From Heptranchias perlo (lineage: Eukaryota): a stretch of 64,000 nucleotides of DNA. Position 1 is the stretch's first letter, and each line of letters begins with the position of its first letter. The stretch spans positions 121,768,001-121,832,000 of the forward strand of contig NC_090327.1 in the NCBI RefSeq assembly GCF_035084215.1, read 5' to 3'. This document shows positions 48,975 to 63,061 of this stretch, one piece after another. Under the pieces are notes generated by a model. The model did not search any database, was not told where the DNA came from, and worked only from the letters and a program-made list of their open reading frames with translations. The position numbers were made by a program, and so were the translations under genes.

Positions 48975-49700
48975 GATCTCAAAGGGGACTGGGTTACAAA
49001 GAGGAGAAAGTTATCTTCAGTTGTTTAGAGCCTTGGTCAGACCCCACCTGGAGTACTGCGTTCAGTTTTGGGCATCGTACCTCAGGAAGGATATATTGGC
49101 CTTGGAGGGGGTGCAGCAGTTTCACCAGAATGATAATGGAGTTTAGAGGATTAAATTATGAGGACAGGTTGGCTTGTATTCCTTGGAGTTTAGCAGATTG
49201 AGGGGTGATCTAATTGAGGTGTTTCAAATGATAGTAATTCGATACGGTAGATACAGAGAAACTATTTCCTCTGATGGGGGAAATTCAGAACAAAGGGGTA
49301 TAATCTTAAAATTAGAGCCAGGCCATTCTGGAGTGAAATCAGGAAGCACTTCTTCGCACAAGGGGTAGAAATCTGGAACTCTCTCCCCTAAAAGGCTGTG
49401 CATGCTGGGGGTCAATTGGAGCTTTCAAGACGGAGATCGCTAGATGTTTGTTGGGTAAGGGTATCAAGGGATATGGATTAAAGGTGAGTAAATGGAGTTG
49501 AGGTACAGATAAGCTATGATCTAATTGAATGGTGGAACAGGCTTGAGGGGCTGAATGGTTTCCTGCTGTTCCTACGATAGAGGCTTGAGTGGCTGAATGG
49601 TTTCCTGCTGTTCCTACGATAGAGGCTTGAGGGGCTGAATGGTTTCCTGCTGTTCCTATGATACAGGCTCGAAGGGCTGAATGGCCTCCTGCTGTTCCTA
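48975..49700 (+). mobile_element. CR1 3' fragment with a tandemly repeated 42-bp tail
   Basis: LVRPHLEYCVQFW; aggcttgaggggctgaatggtttcctgctgttcctacgatag repeated about 4 times. Confidence 0.8.
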
Positions 49701-50521
49701 CAATACAGAGCTGCTCTAACTCCAAAAGGGTTAAAATCAGTAGCAGCTTTGTGTCAACTTCCAACACCGGTTATTGCAACATTTTTTTTAAAAACCCATT
49801 GTTTCTGAAGTCTTGTTATGCGTCAAGTTCACATAAAAACCTAAGATTACAAGATAAAGGTATTTCCAGTCAAGGCGTGGGCTATGGACCACAACAGGAA
49901 ATAACAGCAGTTTGTACAACTCAAACAGAACGTAACCCACCAGGTCTGGTTTAGTGTCAGGGACCTTTAACCAGAACTTTTTGTCACAAGAACAGTAGAG
50001 TTATTCACATGCACTGGCCACAACAGTCTAATCACCAGGTGTCACATGAAACCGTCACATGGAAAATCTTTGTTTTATATTAAGAATAATTACAACATAA
50101 TTATTATGCTCGTATGTGCATGTTTGAAGTATCGGGGAATTAAACAATTGTACTGAAACGCAGCAGATAACTTGCTGCTCGGGCAAGATGATCCCAGTGG
50201 AATCGAGGGATTCCCCATAGGGAAGGAGAGAAAGGAACAAAGCTAAGGAAAAGTCCATCTGCGTTTCTCCAAAGTAGCGCTGGCACGAGACAAAAAACTG
50301 GTGTCATTGGACCCTCTTGGCTGGAGAATGCTGTACATTACTGGGATTGGTGGGGAAGGGTGGGGAAGAAAGAGAGAGACACTGAATTAAAGAGTGCTTC
50401 AGCAATAGTTTCTATCTTCCTTCGTAACTGTGAAACCAAGCAGCCTTTAGTCATATTCTCATTCATGAGCCTGCACCTGGACACTATAAACAGGTCTCAA
50501 TAGATCAGCAATTTTCCGCAC

Positions 50522-50565
50522 CTGCTAATGTGTTGGTTTCGCAGTGTCATCTTCCTCATCAGAAT
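50522..50565 (-). CDS. STARD3NL: Probable last coding exon of STARD3NL (DSDEEDDTAKPTH*)
   Basis: 44-nt exon bounded by tttatag and cag|gtgcgg; acidic peptide resembling the post-FFAT segment of STARD3/STARD3NL; STARD3NL is the known tail-to-tail neighbour of TRGC. Upstream exons were not found in the window. Confidence 0.5.
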
Positions 50566-50739
50566 CTATAAATTAAAAACACACAAAATTAATGACAACC
50601 TGCTGATAATCTTATGTGCCTCAGAGACAATGGGAGTAAACTAGTGCCCAAATTTAGAAGGTACATTTTGAGCCATCCTGGTGACTTAGAAAAAAAAATC
50701 CTATTTTTATCCTAGCTGAAAATTATTAAAAAAACAGGC

Positions 50740-51853
50740 GGTAATGATTGGAAGAGTGTAGGAGTAGTATTGCTAGATGTATAGGTAATGATTGGAAGGG
50801 TGTAGGAGTGGTATTGCTAGATGTCTAGGTAATGATTGGAAGAGTGTAGGAGTGGTATTGCTAGATGTCTAGGTAATGATTGGAAGAGTGTAGGAGTGGT
50901 ATTGCTAGATGTCTAGGTAATGATTGGAAGGGTGTAGGAGTGGTATTGCTAGATGTCTAGGTAATGATTGGAAGAGTGTAGGAGTAGTATTGCTAGATGT
51001 ATAGGTAATGATTGGAAGAGTGTAGGAGTAGTATTGCTAGATGTCTAGGTAATGATTGGAAGGGTGTAGGAGTAGTATTGCTAGATGTCTAGGTAATGAT
51101 TGGAAGAGTGTAGGAGTGGTATTGCTAGATGTATAGGTAATGATTGGAAGAGTGTAGGAGTGGTATTGCTAGATGTATAGGTAATGATTGGAAGAGTGTA
51201 GGAGTGGTATTGCTAGATGTATAGGTAATGATTGGAAGAGTGTAGGAGTGGTATTGCTAGATGTATAGGTAATGATTGGAAGAGTGTAGGAGTAGTATTG
51301 CTAGATGTCTAGGTAATGATTGGAAGAGTGTAGGAGTGGAAGAGTGTAGGAGTAGTATTGCTAGATGTATAGGTAATGATTGGAAGAGTGTAGGAGTAGT
51401 ATTGCTAGATGTCTAGGTAATGATTGGAAGGGTGTAGGAGTGGTATTGCTAGATGTATAGGTAATGATTGGAAGAGTGTAGGAGTGGTATTGCTAGATGT
51501 CTAGGTAATGATTGGAAGGGTGTAGGAGTGGTATTGCTAGATGTCTAGGTAATGATTGGAAGGGTGTAGGAGTGGTATTGCTAGATGTATAGGTAATGAT
51601 TGGAAGAGTGTAGGAGTAGTATTGCTAGATGTCTAGGTAATGATTGGAAGGGTGTAGGAGTGGTATTGCTAGATGTCTAGGTAATGATTGGAAGGGTGTA
51701 GGAGTGGTATTGCTAGATGTATAGGTAATGATTGGAAGAGTGTAGAAGTAGTATTGCTAGATGTCTAGGTAATGATTGGAAGGGTGTAGGAGTGGTATTG
51801 CTAGATGTCTAGGTAATGATTGGAAGAGTGTAGGAGTAGTATTGCTAGATGTA
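50740..51853. repeat. 44-bp minisatellite, about 25 copies
   Basis: (aggtaatgattggaagagtgtaggagtggtattgctagatgtct)n. Confidence 0.95.
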
Positions 51854-52701
51854 TTCTCTACATTCACAATTCAACATTTTGACAATTTCTGCCCCCACCT
51901 CCGAGTGATGAATATTTCCTGACATGTTTACCCAGGAAGAGTCACTTCGAGCGCTCCAATGACTGCAGAATGTTGGCTACGATTCCCAACATTTCTCCAA
52001 CAGACATACCTTCCCTAACCAACAGGAGCACTACTTGTAGTGCTGGAGGCGAGGGCACTTTCTGCTTCAAGTCATCAACTAGTCAGAGCAATCTTCCACT
52101 GAACTGCCCAATAACTTGCCTCCTAGATGGAAATCATTAGCACTCAGACCTGTTCCCAGTGTTCCACTGTGAAGTCACTTCTTTTTTTAAGGGAGAAGTT
52201 ACACATTCAGTCAGATCTTTAAATAATCTTATGGGTGGCCAGCAGCATTACCATGGCAAGGCAGAGGACCGACTGTGTTATAACAACAGCATTATTCTGA
52301 TCTGTGTTTAATGAGGCCGGCCGCTTTAAGGCCACAAAGTCCAATTGTTGCAAGGATGTGCAGCCTGAAATCAACTCCAGGCTAACCGTCACTGAGGGAA
52401 GTTTCGCGATAAATTGGCAGCAGCTTGTATATCTTCAACTGCTCCCCTTGGGGAAAGGCCAGGCTATTAAAGTCGGGAGAAATCAACAAGAAATTATTTA
52501 AAAGGGTTTGTGGAAAGGATAGGGAAGTCGGCCTGTGGATAGCTGTTTCAGAGAGCCAGCACAGCCTCGATGGGGCGACTGCTCGCCTAATTTGTAAAAG
52601 GCTATTAAACTGTGATTGTGATTAGTCGATACCGAACCATTCGACAAAACAAGTATTCCAGTCCTTTTCCAAAGAAAATTTCTTTCCAAAAAGGGGCACA
52701 A

Positions 52702-55700
52702 TACCTTCCTGTACCTGCGCTCCAATCTCCTGCACCTGCGCTCCAATCTCCTGCACTTCCCTGTACCTGCGCTCCAATCTCCTGCACTTCCCTGTACCTG
52801 CGCTCCAATCTCCTGCACCTTCCTGTACCTGCGCTCCAATCTCCTGCACTTCCCTGTACCTGCGCTCCAATCTCCTGCACCTTCCTGTACCTGCGCTCCA
52901 ATCTCCTGCACCTGCGCTCCAATCTCCTGCACTTCCCTGTACCTGCGCTCCAATCTCCTGCACTTCCCTGTACCTGCGCTCCAATCTCCTGCACCTTCCT
53001 GTACCTGCGCTCCAATCTCCTGCACTTCCCTGTACCTGCGCTCCAATCTCCTGCACCTTCCTGTACCTGCGCTCCAATCTCCTGCACTTCCCTGTACCTG
53101 CGCTCCAATCTCCTGCACCTTCCTGTACCTGCGCTCCAATCTCCTGCACTTCCCTGTACCTGCGCTCCAATCTCCTGCACCTGCGCTCCAATCTCCTGCA
53201 CTTCCCTGTACCTGCGCTCCAATCTCCTGCACTTCCCTGTACCTGCGCTCCAATCTCCTGCACCTTCCTGTACCTGCGCTCCAATCTCCTGCACCTTCCT
53301 CTACCTGCGCTCCAATCTCCTGCACCTTCCTGTACCTGCGCTCCAATCTCCTGCACCTTCCTGTACCTGCGCTCCAATCTCCTGCACCTTCCTGTACCTG
53401 CGCTCCAATCTCCTGCACCTTCCTGTACCTGTGGTCCAATCTCCTGCACCTTCCTGTACCTGCGCTCCAATCTCCTGCACCTTCCTCTACCTGCGCTCCA
53501 ATCTCCTGCACCTGCGCTCCAATCTCCTGCACCTTCCTGTACCTGCGCTCCAATCTCCTGCACCTTCCTGTACCTGCGCTCCAATCTCCTGCACCTTCCT
53601 GTACCTGCACTCCAATCTCCTGCACCTTCCTGTACCTGCGCTCCAATCTCCTGCACCTTCCTGTACCTGCGCTCCAATCTCCTGCACCTGCGCTCCAGTC
53701 TCCTGCACCTTCCTGTACCTGCGCTCCAATCTCCTGCACCTTCCTGTACCTGCGCTCCAATCTCCTGCACCTTCCTGTACCTGCGCTCCAATCTCCTGCA
53801 CCTTCCTGTACCTGCGCTCCAATCTCCTGCACCTTCTTGTACCTGTGGTCCAATCTCATGCACCTTCCTGTACCTGTGGTCCAATCTCCTGCACCTTCCT
53901 GTACCTGCGCTCCAATCTCCTGCACCTTCCTGTACCTGCGCTCCAATCTCCTGCACCTTCCTGTACCTGTGGTCCAATCTCCTGCACCTTCCTGTACCTG
54001 TGGTCCAATCTCCTGCACCTTCCTGTACCTGTGGTCCAATCTCCTGCACCTTCCCCTACCTGTGGTCCAATCTCCTGCACCTTCCTCTACCTGCGCTCCA
54101 ATCTCCTGCACCTTCCTCTGCCTGTGGTCCAATCTCCTGCACCTTCCTGTACCTGTGGTCCAATCTCCTGCACCTTCCTGTACCTGTGCTCCAATCTCCT
54201 GGACCTTCCTGTACCTGTGCTCCAATCTCCTGCACCTTCCTCTACCTGCGCTCCAATCTCCTGCACCTTCCTCTACCTGCGCTCCAATCTCCTGCACCTT
54301 CCTGTACCTGTGGTCCAATCTCCCGCACCTTCCTCTACCTGTGGTCCAATCTCCTGCACCTTCCTGTACCTGTGCTCCAATCTCCTGCACCTTCCTGTAC
54401 CTGTGCTCCAATCTCCTGTACCTGCGCTCCAATCTCCTGCACCTTCCTCTACCTGCGCTCCAATCTCCTGCACGTTCCTGTACCTGCGCTCCAATCTCCT
54501 GCACCTTCCTCTACCTGCACTCCAATCTCCTGCACCTTCCTCTACCTGTGGTCCAATCTCCTGCACCTTCCTCTACCTGCGCTCCAATCTCCTGCACCTT
54601 CCTCTACCTGCGCTCCAATCTCCTGCACCTTCCTGTACCTGTGGTCCAATCTCCTGCACCTTCCTGTACCTGTGCTCCAATCTCCTGTACCTGCGCTCCA
54701 ATCTCCTGCACTTCCCTGTACCTGCGCTCCAATCTCCTGCACCTTCGCTCCAATCTCCTGCACCTTCCTGTACCTGCGCTCCAATTTCCTGCACCTTCCT
54801 GTACCTGCGCTCCAATCTCCTGCACCTTCCTCTACCTGTGGTCCAATCTCCTGCACCTTCCTCTACCTGCGCTCCAATCTCCTGCACCTTCCTCTACCTG
54901 TGGTCCAATCTCCTGCACCTTCCTGTACCTGTGCTCCAATCTCCTGCACCTTCCTGTACCTGCGCTCCAATCTCCTGCACCTTCCTGTACCTGCGCTCCA
55001 ATCTCCTGCACCTTCCTGTACCTGTGGTCCAATCTCCTGCACCTTCCTGTACCTGTGGTCCAATCTCCTGCACCTTCCTCTACCTGCGCTCCAATCTCCT
55101 GCACCTTCCTCTACCTGTGGTCCAATCTCCTGCACCTTCCTGTACCTGTGCTCCAATCTCCTGCACCTTCCTGTACCTGCGCTCCAATTTCCTGCACCTT
55201 CCTGTACCTGCGCTCCAATCTCCTGCACCTTCCTCTACCTGTGGTCCAATCTCCTGCACCTTCCTCTACCTGCGCTCCAATCTCCTGCACCTTCCTCTAC
55301 CTGTGGTCCAATCTCCTGCACCTTCCTGTACCTGTGCTCCAATCTCCTGCACCTTCCTGTACCTGCGCTCCAATCTCCTGCACCTTCCTGTACCTGCGCT
55401 CCAATTTCCTGCACCTTCCTGTACCTGCGCTCCAATCTCCTGCACCTTCCTCTACCTGTGGTCCAATCTCCTGCACCTTCCTCTACCTGCGCTCCAATCT
55501 CCTGCACCTTCCTCTACCTGTGGTCCAATCTCCTGCACCTTCCTGTACCTGTGCTCCAATCTCCTGCACCTTCCTGTACCTGTGCTCCAATCTCCTGTAC
55601 CTGCGCTCCAATCTCCTGCACCTTCCTCTACCTGCGCTCCAATCTCCTGCACGTTCCTGTACCTGCGCTCCAATCTCCTGCACCTTCCTCTACCTGCACT

Positions 55701-56650
55701 CCAATCTCCTGCACCTTCCTCTACCTGTGGTCCAATCTCCTGCACCTTCCTCTACCTGCGCTCCAATCTCCTGCACCTTCCTCTACCTGCGCTCCAATCT
55801 CCTGCACCTTCCTGTACCTGTGGTCCAATCTCCTGCACCTTCCTGTACCTGTGCTCCAATCTCCTGTACCTGCGCTCCAATCTCCTGCACTTCCCTGTAC
55901 CTGCGCTCCAATCTCCTGCACCTTCGCTCCAATCTCCTGCACCTTCCTGTACCTGCGCTCCAATTTCCTGCACCTTCCTGTACCTGCGCTCCAATCTCCT
56001 GCACCTTCCTCTACCTGTGGTCCAATCTCCTGCACCTTCCTCTACCTGCGCTCCAATCTCCTGCACCTTCCTCTACCTGTGGTCCAATCTCCTGCACCTT
56101 CCTGTACCTGTGCTCCAATCTCCTGCACCTTCCTGTACCTGCGCTCCAATCTCCTGCACCTTCCTGTACCTGCGCTCCAATCTCCTGCACCTTCCTGTAC
56201 CTGTGGTCCAATCTCCTGCACCTTCCTGTACCTGTGGTCCAATCTCCTGCACCTTCCTCTACCTGCGCTCCAATCTCCTGCACCTTCCTCTACCTGTGGT
56301 CCAATCTCCTGCACCTTCCTGTACCTGTGCTCCAATCTCCTGCACCTTCCTGTACCTGTGCTCCAATCTCCTGCACCTTCCTGTACCTGTGCTCCAATCT
56401 CCTGCACCTTCCTGTACCTGCGCTCCAATCTCCTGCACCTTCCTGTACCTGCGCTCCAATCTCCTGCACCTTCCTGTACCTGCGCTCCAATCTCCTGCAC
56501 CTTCCTGTACCTGCGCTCCAATCTCCTGCACCTTCCTGTACCTGTGCTCCAATCTCCTGCACCTTCCTGTACCTGCGCTCCAATCTCCTGCACCTTCCTG
56601 TACCTGCACTCCAATCTCCTGCACCTACCTGTACTCCGATCGCCTGCACC
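52702..56650. repeat. 31-bp minisatellite, about 4 kb, with higher-order duplication
   Basis: (ccaatctcctgcaccttcctgtacctgcgct)n; source of the 900-1400 aa spurious ORFs. Confidence 0.97.
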
Positions 56651-56744
56651 TTCAGCAGAGGAACAACTGTTTCTGCGGGAGTTTTTCCAAACACCCCAAT
56701 CTGTCTCTTTCATTTTCAGACACCTCTATTTCTATGGTGACATA

Positions 56745-57255
56745 AAATTACAACAGGGAAACAGGCCATTCGGCCCAACCAGTTTGTGTAGGTGTATATC
56801 CTCCACATGAGCAGTGTCCTAATCCCAGTGCCCACTCTGCTCCTGTAGCACGTTATTCCCTTTCCTTCAACCACCTCTCTAACCCATTCTTAAATGTTGA
56901 CGTGGTCTCTGCTTCAATCACTAACTCCGATAGTGGTTCTACAGCCATAAACATCTGTGGAGAAAAGTTTCTCCTGCTCTCTGTCCTAAATCTCTAACAT
57001 TTAATCTTGCATCTATGGACGTTCATTCTAGACCCCTCAACCACTGGAAACAGTCTGTTTCTATCAACTCTGTTCCATCCCTTCACCTCTATCAAATTTC
57101 CTCTGCTCTAATGAAAACATTTTGGAAGTATTCTGTTATATTTTGTATTTCCTCACATCAGGCAGCATCCTAGTGACTCTGCGTTGTACCCTCTCCATTA
57201 CTTCAATATCCTTTCTATAGTGTGGAGCCTTAAACTGCACACAGTTCTCCAACTG
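56745..57255 (-). mobile_element. Old CR1 3' fragment
   Basis: ggccattcggccc tail and degenerate CR1 body. Confidence 0.6.
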
Positions 57256-58859
57256 TGGACGTACTGTTCCCCAGCAACACCTCACCGATTTCTGCCAGGG
57301 GAATGGGGTTTTGGAGATGAACTCTTTTCATTTCAAAGCAGAAATTAAACGTTCAAATGTTTACTATGCAGATTTTATATGCTGCAGAGGATAATCTCTT
57401 CAACCAGAGCCAGTGCAGTCATTAGATCTTTTAGTGTCCTCTTAAAACTAAAAATTGATTTATTTTTTTTAGTTTTGTTATTTATAGAAAATCCTAAACG
57501 AGAGTTCACATATAGAGTGAATATGTTTGTCCCCAAGCTCTGTGAACTGGTTGTGGTGTGGCTAAGAACAGTTAAACTTAAAGCTAACACCTGCAGCAAC
57601 TGAATCTGAACCAGGCAGCACACTGAGAATCACATCCCTTCCACACTACATGAGAAGCACCTGTTGTGGTTTAAGACCACAGGTCTATAGTGAGGGACTG
57701 ATTTGGGAAGCAGGGCTCCTGTATCAGAGAATCAGTCCACAAAGGGGCCAAAACAAGTTTCAACCCATCGGTATGAAAGTAACTGAATAGGAAAGGATGT
57801 GGTGGAGAGATGGGGTTCACATACTATTGTAACACTGCTCAACTAAAAAGCTGACAGTTGAAACAGACACAGCCCACAGACAGGGGTCTCGTACTGGGTC
57901 ATAACCAAATTAATCAACGCACCCTGACACCACACCAGTCTAGATTAGGGAGGTAATTGATCCATTTCCAAAAAACAACTACATCAGCACTCAGTTCAGC
58001 TTCACTGTAAAGTGCTCCTTACACTCTGACCAGCAATTCAACACACGTGGACATGGCCTACACTGGAGGGCCAATAAACATTTAGCAGCTGGTTTACCAT
58101 TTCGCAAAGATACTTCGGAGAATCAGTGCAGCCTCCGCCTTGTACTGGTTAGAACTGAATTTACATTAAGAAGCCCCATCGGAAAGCAGAAGTACAGGTT
58201 TTAACCACGTGTTAGTCCAGTTCATTAACTGCTTATGACAAATATTACACCCAGTTTTAGAATAATACGTTATGGTGCAATAAAGTACATTCTGAATAGA
58301 GCAACAGCCTCCGAAAAACTGTTTGGCAAATCCTTGTCACTTTGGAAAGTGAAGAACCTGAAAGGTTGTGGCTGATTTTTGCTGCAATGTGTGTGTGAAA
58401 TGATGATATAAATCATATTGAAACAGTGTGTTGTGTATTTGTAGAAAAAAATGACAAAACCTTTGACAAACTACGTTTCATGAACTTATTTTAAAAATTC
58501 TGTACAGATGCAATTGGAATGTGAGCATCATAAACAATTACAGAATTAAACAGCTAGATATTTCTGTAGTTTCATTCTGTGATGTTACAAGGAGGCATTT
58601 CCTTCTGTGCCGATAGATAGGACATCCTTCCAGCGCACAATGTGTCTCTCTTGGCTCACAGTTACAAACAGAGAGAGGGCACTTACACCAGTGGAGGCAA
58701 ACTACCTGTGTGCACCACCACCGAAGGTTAACTGTTCAGGACTAACTTACCCGAAGAATGGGCCCCAGTCCAGGCATTACCAACCTGCTTGGCTTTCAGA
58801 ACTGGTTAGGAATGTTATGACAATTTATAAATATATAAAAATGTAGGAAAACAGTTAAA

Positions 58860-59950
58860 CAACAACTTACATTTCTATAGCACATTTAACATAGAAAAAT
58901 ATTCCAAGTTACTACATAGAGGTGTAACCAGACAAAACTAGGGGCAGAGTCAGGGTAAGAGATATTGGGAGTGACCAAATCACTTGGTGAAACAGCTGGG
59001 TTTTAAGGAGGGTTAAGTTGCTAGGTGGTTATTGTTTGTCTATTTAAGGAGAAGAGGGAGGTGGGAAAGGAGAAGTGGAGTAAGCAGCAGAGGCAGATAT
59101 CATCTTGGTAAATAAGAAATCCATGAATTCCTGGTAGTTCTTGTTGATGAAAGTGGAAGGGAAATGAGAGAAGGGTTTAAGGAGATGATTGGTGGTGGAG
59201 AAAAGAAGCTGGGGGTTATCGTTAGTCTCCAGGATGATTCTGGAGTAGTGGGCAGTTTTGCTGGGAAAGCAGGACCCGATAGGGCTTGATGTGGTCCAGC
59301 CAGATCTGGTGATGAATAGCTAAACCAGTTGTGCACCATAAACGTTCAAATCTGCGTCCCTTGGACTTGGGAAGCGAGTACATAGGAACACAAGGAACAG
59401 GAGGAACCAATCAGCCCCTCGAGCCTGCTCCGCCATTCAATTAGATCATGGCTGATTAAGGGTTTTACTGGGGACTTTAAAGGTGGAGGTGAGGGGGTGA
59501 TTGAGCAGATCGGTAGCTGCAGAAGTATTGTGGTAAATGGAGGGCCAAAGGCCAGACAGTCGGGAGTTTGAAAGTGCCGTTGTAAGTGATCTGGGGAAGA
59601 AGTTTTTTTTTCTAGTGTGGAAGAAGGAGATGGAAGGGGGTGAGGAGGATGTGGGTGCACAGGGATAAAATGAAGTGGTCAGAGATGGCCTTGGTCAGTG
59701 ATTAAGACCATGAGAGGAGGTAGGTCCCAGGAGATGGTGAGGTTGAGTGGGTGGCTCACAGTGAGAGGAAGGACAAGATTAGCAGAACACCACAGGTCAT
59801 TAGGAAGGGGAAGCACTGTGGTAGCAGGCACTAGATTCAGAGACACTCACATTTGTACAATAACATACAGCAGCACTGGTTACCATGTGTGAAGTCAGTT
59901 TGTGGGAAAGACCAGTGCAGTGAAGAGGAGTGGGCTAGCTGGTAGATGAT
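58860..59950 (-). mobile_element. Degenerate L2-like LINE fragments
   Basis: aacaacttacatttctatagcac 3' end like 16780 and 61960, purine-rich body. Confidence 0.5.
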
Positions 59951-61954
59951 TGAGTGTCAGTGCAAATTCTGGGGATAGTGATTTATTTCGGTATCGGGAC
60001 GATGCTGGGACCACTGGTAATGAGAAGGGTGCGTGGGGAGAGTAGGAGGAAGTGTCCACTCAGTCTCTGTCGAATGTCCCTTGCACTGCCATGGGTGTTG
60101 GTGGTTCTGCGTCATCTGGTTCCTCACCAACATCTCACAGCTGCTCTCCATAGGCCTCCTGCTCCATATGGATACCTTGGTAAATGGCCAAATCATGGAC
60201 ATTTCTGTCTGAAATATTGATGGGATATTTGGGTGGGAATTAATAAGACCCCCAATATTCTTAATGTGATTTGCATATTTCACACCAATGATATTCATAG
60301 CCAAACATGCGCCCCAGTTACCTACATAAACAGACATGATCGATGTCCATACTATGTGACTATACACGTTAAAGCAGTCCCACAATCTCCTACAGTACTC
60401 ACCCACAACAGATTCGGGAGGAGAATAAAACTGGCCATCAGAGAGGGGTCCAGGAAGTATGAGAGGTGCGTGCTCAGATACATCAGGTACTGTAAAGATT
60501 CCTGGATCTGGAAGAATGACACTAGCATTAGGGACACTGGCAGATCAAAATGATCAATATTACATTTTATATCCCTAAAGTAACAAGTTAGAAGTTGTAA
60601 TGTTGTCCTACTGTCTCGGAATTTGTAAGTCAGCTTGTTACTGGTTTTAAATAAAGCGTACAGCTAGAGTAGAATGGCCAGGGAATAAATAGCATATGGG
60701 TAAAACAAGATTGGCTTCATTGAAAAAGGCGGTGTAAAATTCAGTGTTACAAATCACCCTTTATCTGCATTATCTATATCATCTGCTCTGCAACTTAATT
60801 TCACAACAGTATCAGAAGGACAGACAGCACAAAGGAACAGTAACGTTACTTACTATTTTCATCCTTTGCCTCTTGTGGCAACACCTTAAAATCCAGGAAC
60901 CAGGTCTCGATCCAGGCCAGTATGAAGGATATGATTGGTAGCAAATAGGCAAAGGCTGTACCTTGGACCAGGAGCTAGAGTAAAACGAGACGTATTTAAC
61001 AACCACTTAAAGAAAGTTAGCGACGGAAGACAGCCTCAGTATGGATCCTTCATTCAGAGTTTAGTTGCATGATCACTACATACCTTTGAAATAATGACTT
61101 TTGCAATTAGAAAGGCACTGGTGACAGCTGTTGTAATCTGAAACAGTAAAGGGAGGTTTTGGATCAATCTAAACTCATTTGAAGTAGGGGTTGTGACCAC
61201 TCATGAAAACTTCGCACTTTATCCAAATTATTCATTGGATCAGAAGTACAATTTGGGTGAAAGGGAAACTCTGGTGTCTTGACCTTTAACTTAATGCCAA
61301 ATATATTCCCTCACCAAATAACAACCGCGTTACACACAATGTTACCGTGCACCACAAACCATATTTTTAAGATCCCCAATTAAACATACAAGCATTCTGA
61401 AGTGATGTTTAGCAAAATGCAGCAGAACAAAAGTCAACATGCTAGCACCCAGGTAAGGAGGTAGATTCTGCATCCAATTGGAGGCTGTGGTTTAAAAAAC
61501 ACCTCTAAGGAGACTAACACTTGAAAAAACACAGCAACATGTCTTGGGCAAAGATGAGGAAATGGAGCCGAATAAATGGAAGATACACAATTAGGCTGCA
61601 TGAATGGGAAATTGTGTCGCACAAAGGGGCTATCCCAATATCTGACGAGCAACAAAATTGAGCAAATTATGATGCACCAAAGATTGACAATTTCTCATTA
61701 AGAGATCACTGTATAAGTGAATAAGCTGAACTCTGTTTCCGGAACTCTGAACCATGGCTCTCACTGATGTTTTCAGGATTGAATCCAGCAATTTTCTATT
61801 AAATCAGTGGCCTTGATGCCATGGACAAACTACAATTGTATACTTTTATTAAAAACTGATTAATCAGCATAACCACAAGAATTAGTCCATATTTAAATCT
61901 ATCTATACAAAGAATCTTGTACCGAGTGCATTACGTAAATTTAGCGCCACACTT

Positions 61955-62655
61955 CAACAACAACAACAACTTGCATTTATATAGTGCATTTAACATAGTA
62001 AAACATCCCAAGACACTTCACAGGAGTGATTATCAAACAAAATTTGACACCAAGCCTCAGGAGGAGATATTAGGGCAGGTGACCGAAAGTTTGGTCAAAC
62101 AGGTAGGTTTTAAGGAGTGTCTTATAGGAGAGAGAGGCGGAGAGGTTTAAGGAGGGAATTCCAGAGCTTCAGGCCTAGGCAGCTGAAAGCATGGCCGCCA
62201 ATGGTGGAGCGATTAAAATCGGGGATACACAACAGGCTAGAATTGAAGGAGTGCAGAGATCTCGGAGGGTTGTAGGAGGTTACAGAGATAGGGAGAGGCG
62301 AGGCCATGGAGGGATTTGAAAACAAAGCATGAGCATTTTCAAATCAAGGCGTTGCCTGATGGGGAGCCAATATAGAGGTCAGCAAGCACACAGGTGATGA
62401 GTGAAAGGGACTTGATGAGAGTTAGGATATGGGCAACAGAGTTTTGGATGAGCGCAAGTTTACGGACGGTACAAGGTGGGAGGCCAACCAGGAGATTATT
62501 TGAATAGTCGAGTCTGGAGGTAACAAAGGCATGGATGAATGTTTCAGCAGCAGATAAGCTGAGGCAGGGGCAGAGATGGCGATGTTACGGGGGTGGGAGT
62601 AGGCGGTCTCGGTGATAGAGCGGATATGGGGTCAGAAGCTCAGCTCAGGTCAAAT
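61955..62655 (-). mobile_element. L2-like LINE 3' fragment
   Basis: (caa)n tail; closely similar to 16773-17769. Confidence 0.8.
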
Positions 62656-63061
62656 AGTAATTGTACTTGATTGGTTGAAATTTCCTATCCCGAAATCTGC
62701 AGCAAGTCACAACTGAACAGGTATGGAACATACCCAATCTAAAGAGGGTACGAAGTTCCAATAAAACACCACAAATGATGTACGAAACAACCAAATAACA
62801 ATGAACAGTCAGCAAAAACTACCAACCTAAAAAAGTAAACTGCCCCAGGTATTTTTTGAAACAGCTTCCTGTCATCTTGGACTCTCATTAAACCAAGAAA
62901 ATTATTACTGGAAATAAGTCTTGTAATACAAATACAAAAAAAAAATCACAAAACCTACAAGAAAATAATTAATCTAACTTATGCAATAGTATATTGCAAT
63001 AGTGTGTTTCAAATGCATTTAAGTAAAAAAATTCTCCAGGGTTCCAGCACTTAATTAGGCA

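Noticed and set aside
52498-56810. Very long ORFs (up to 1377 aa) in many frames
   Set aside because: Product of a stop-free 31-bp minisatellite; the same peptide cycles through all frames
57283-58810. Possible - strand exons (about 57290-57447 and 58750-58801) with splice-like signals
   Set aside because: Translations match no STARD3NL segment I recognise; the FFAT exon (QFYSPPES) was not found in the window
59954-60553. Cluster of overlapping short ORFs
   Set aside because: No recognisable domain or splice structure; probably degraded repeat
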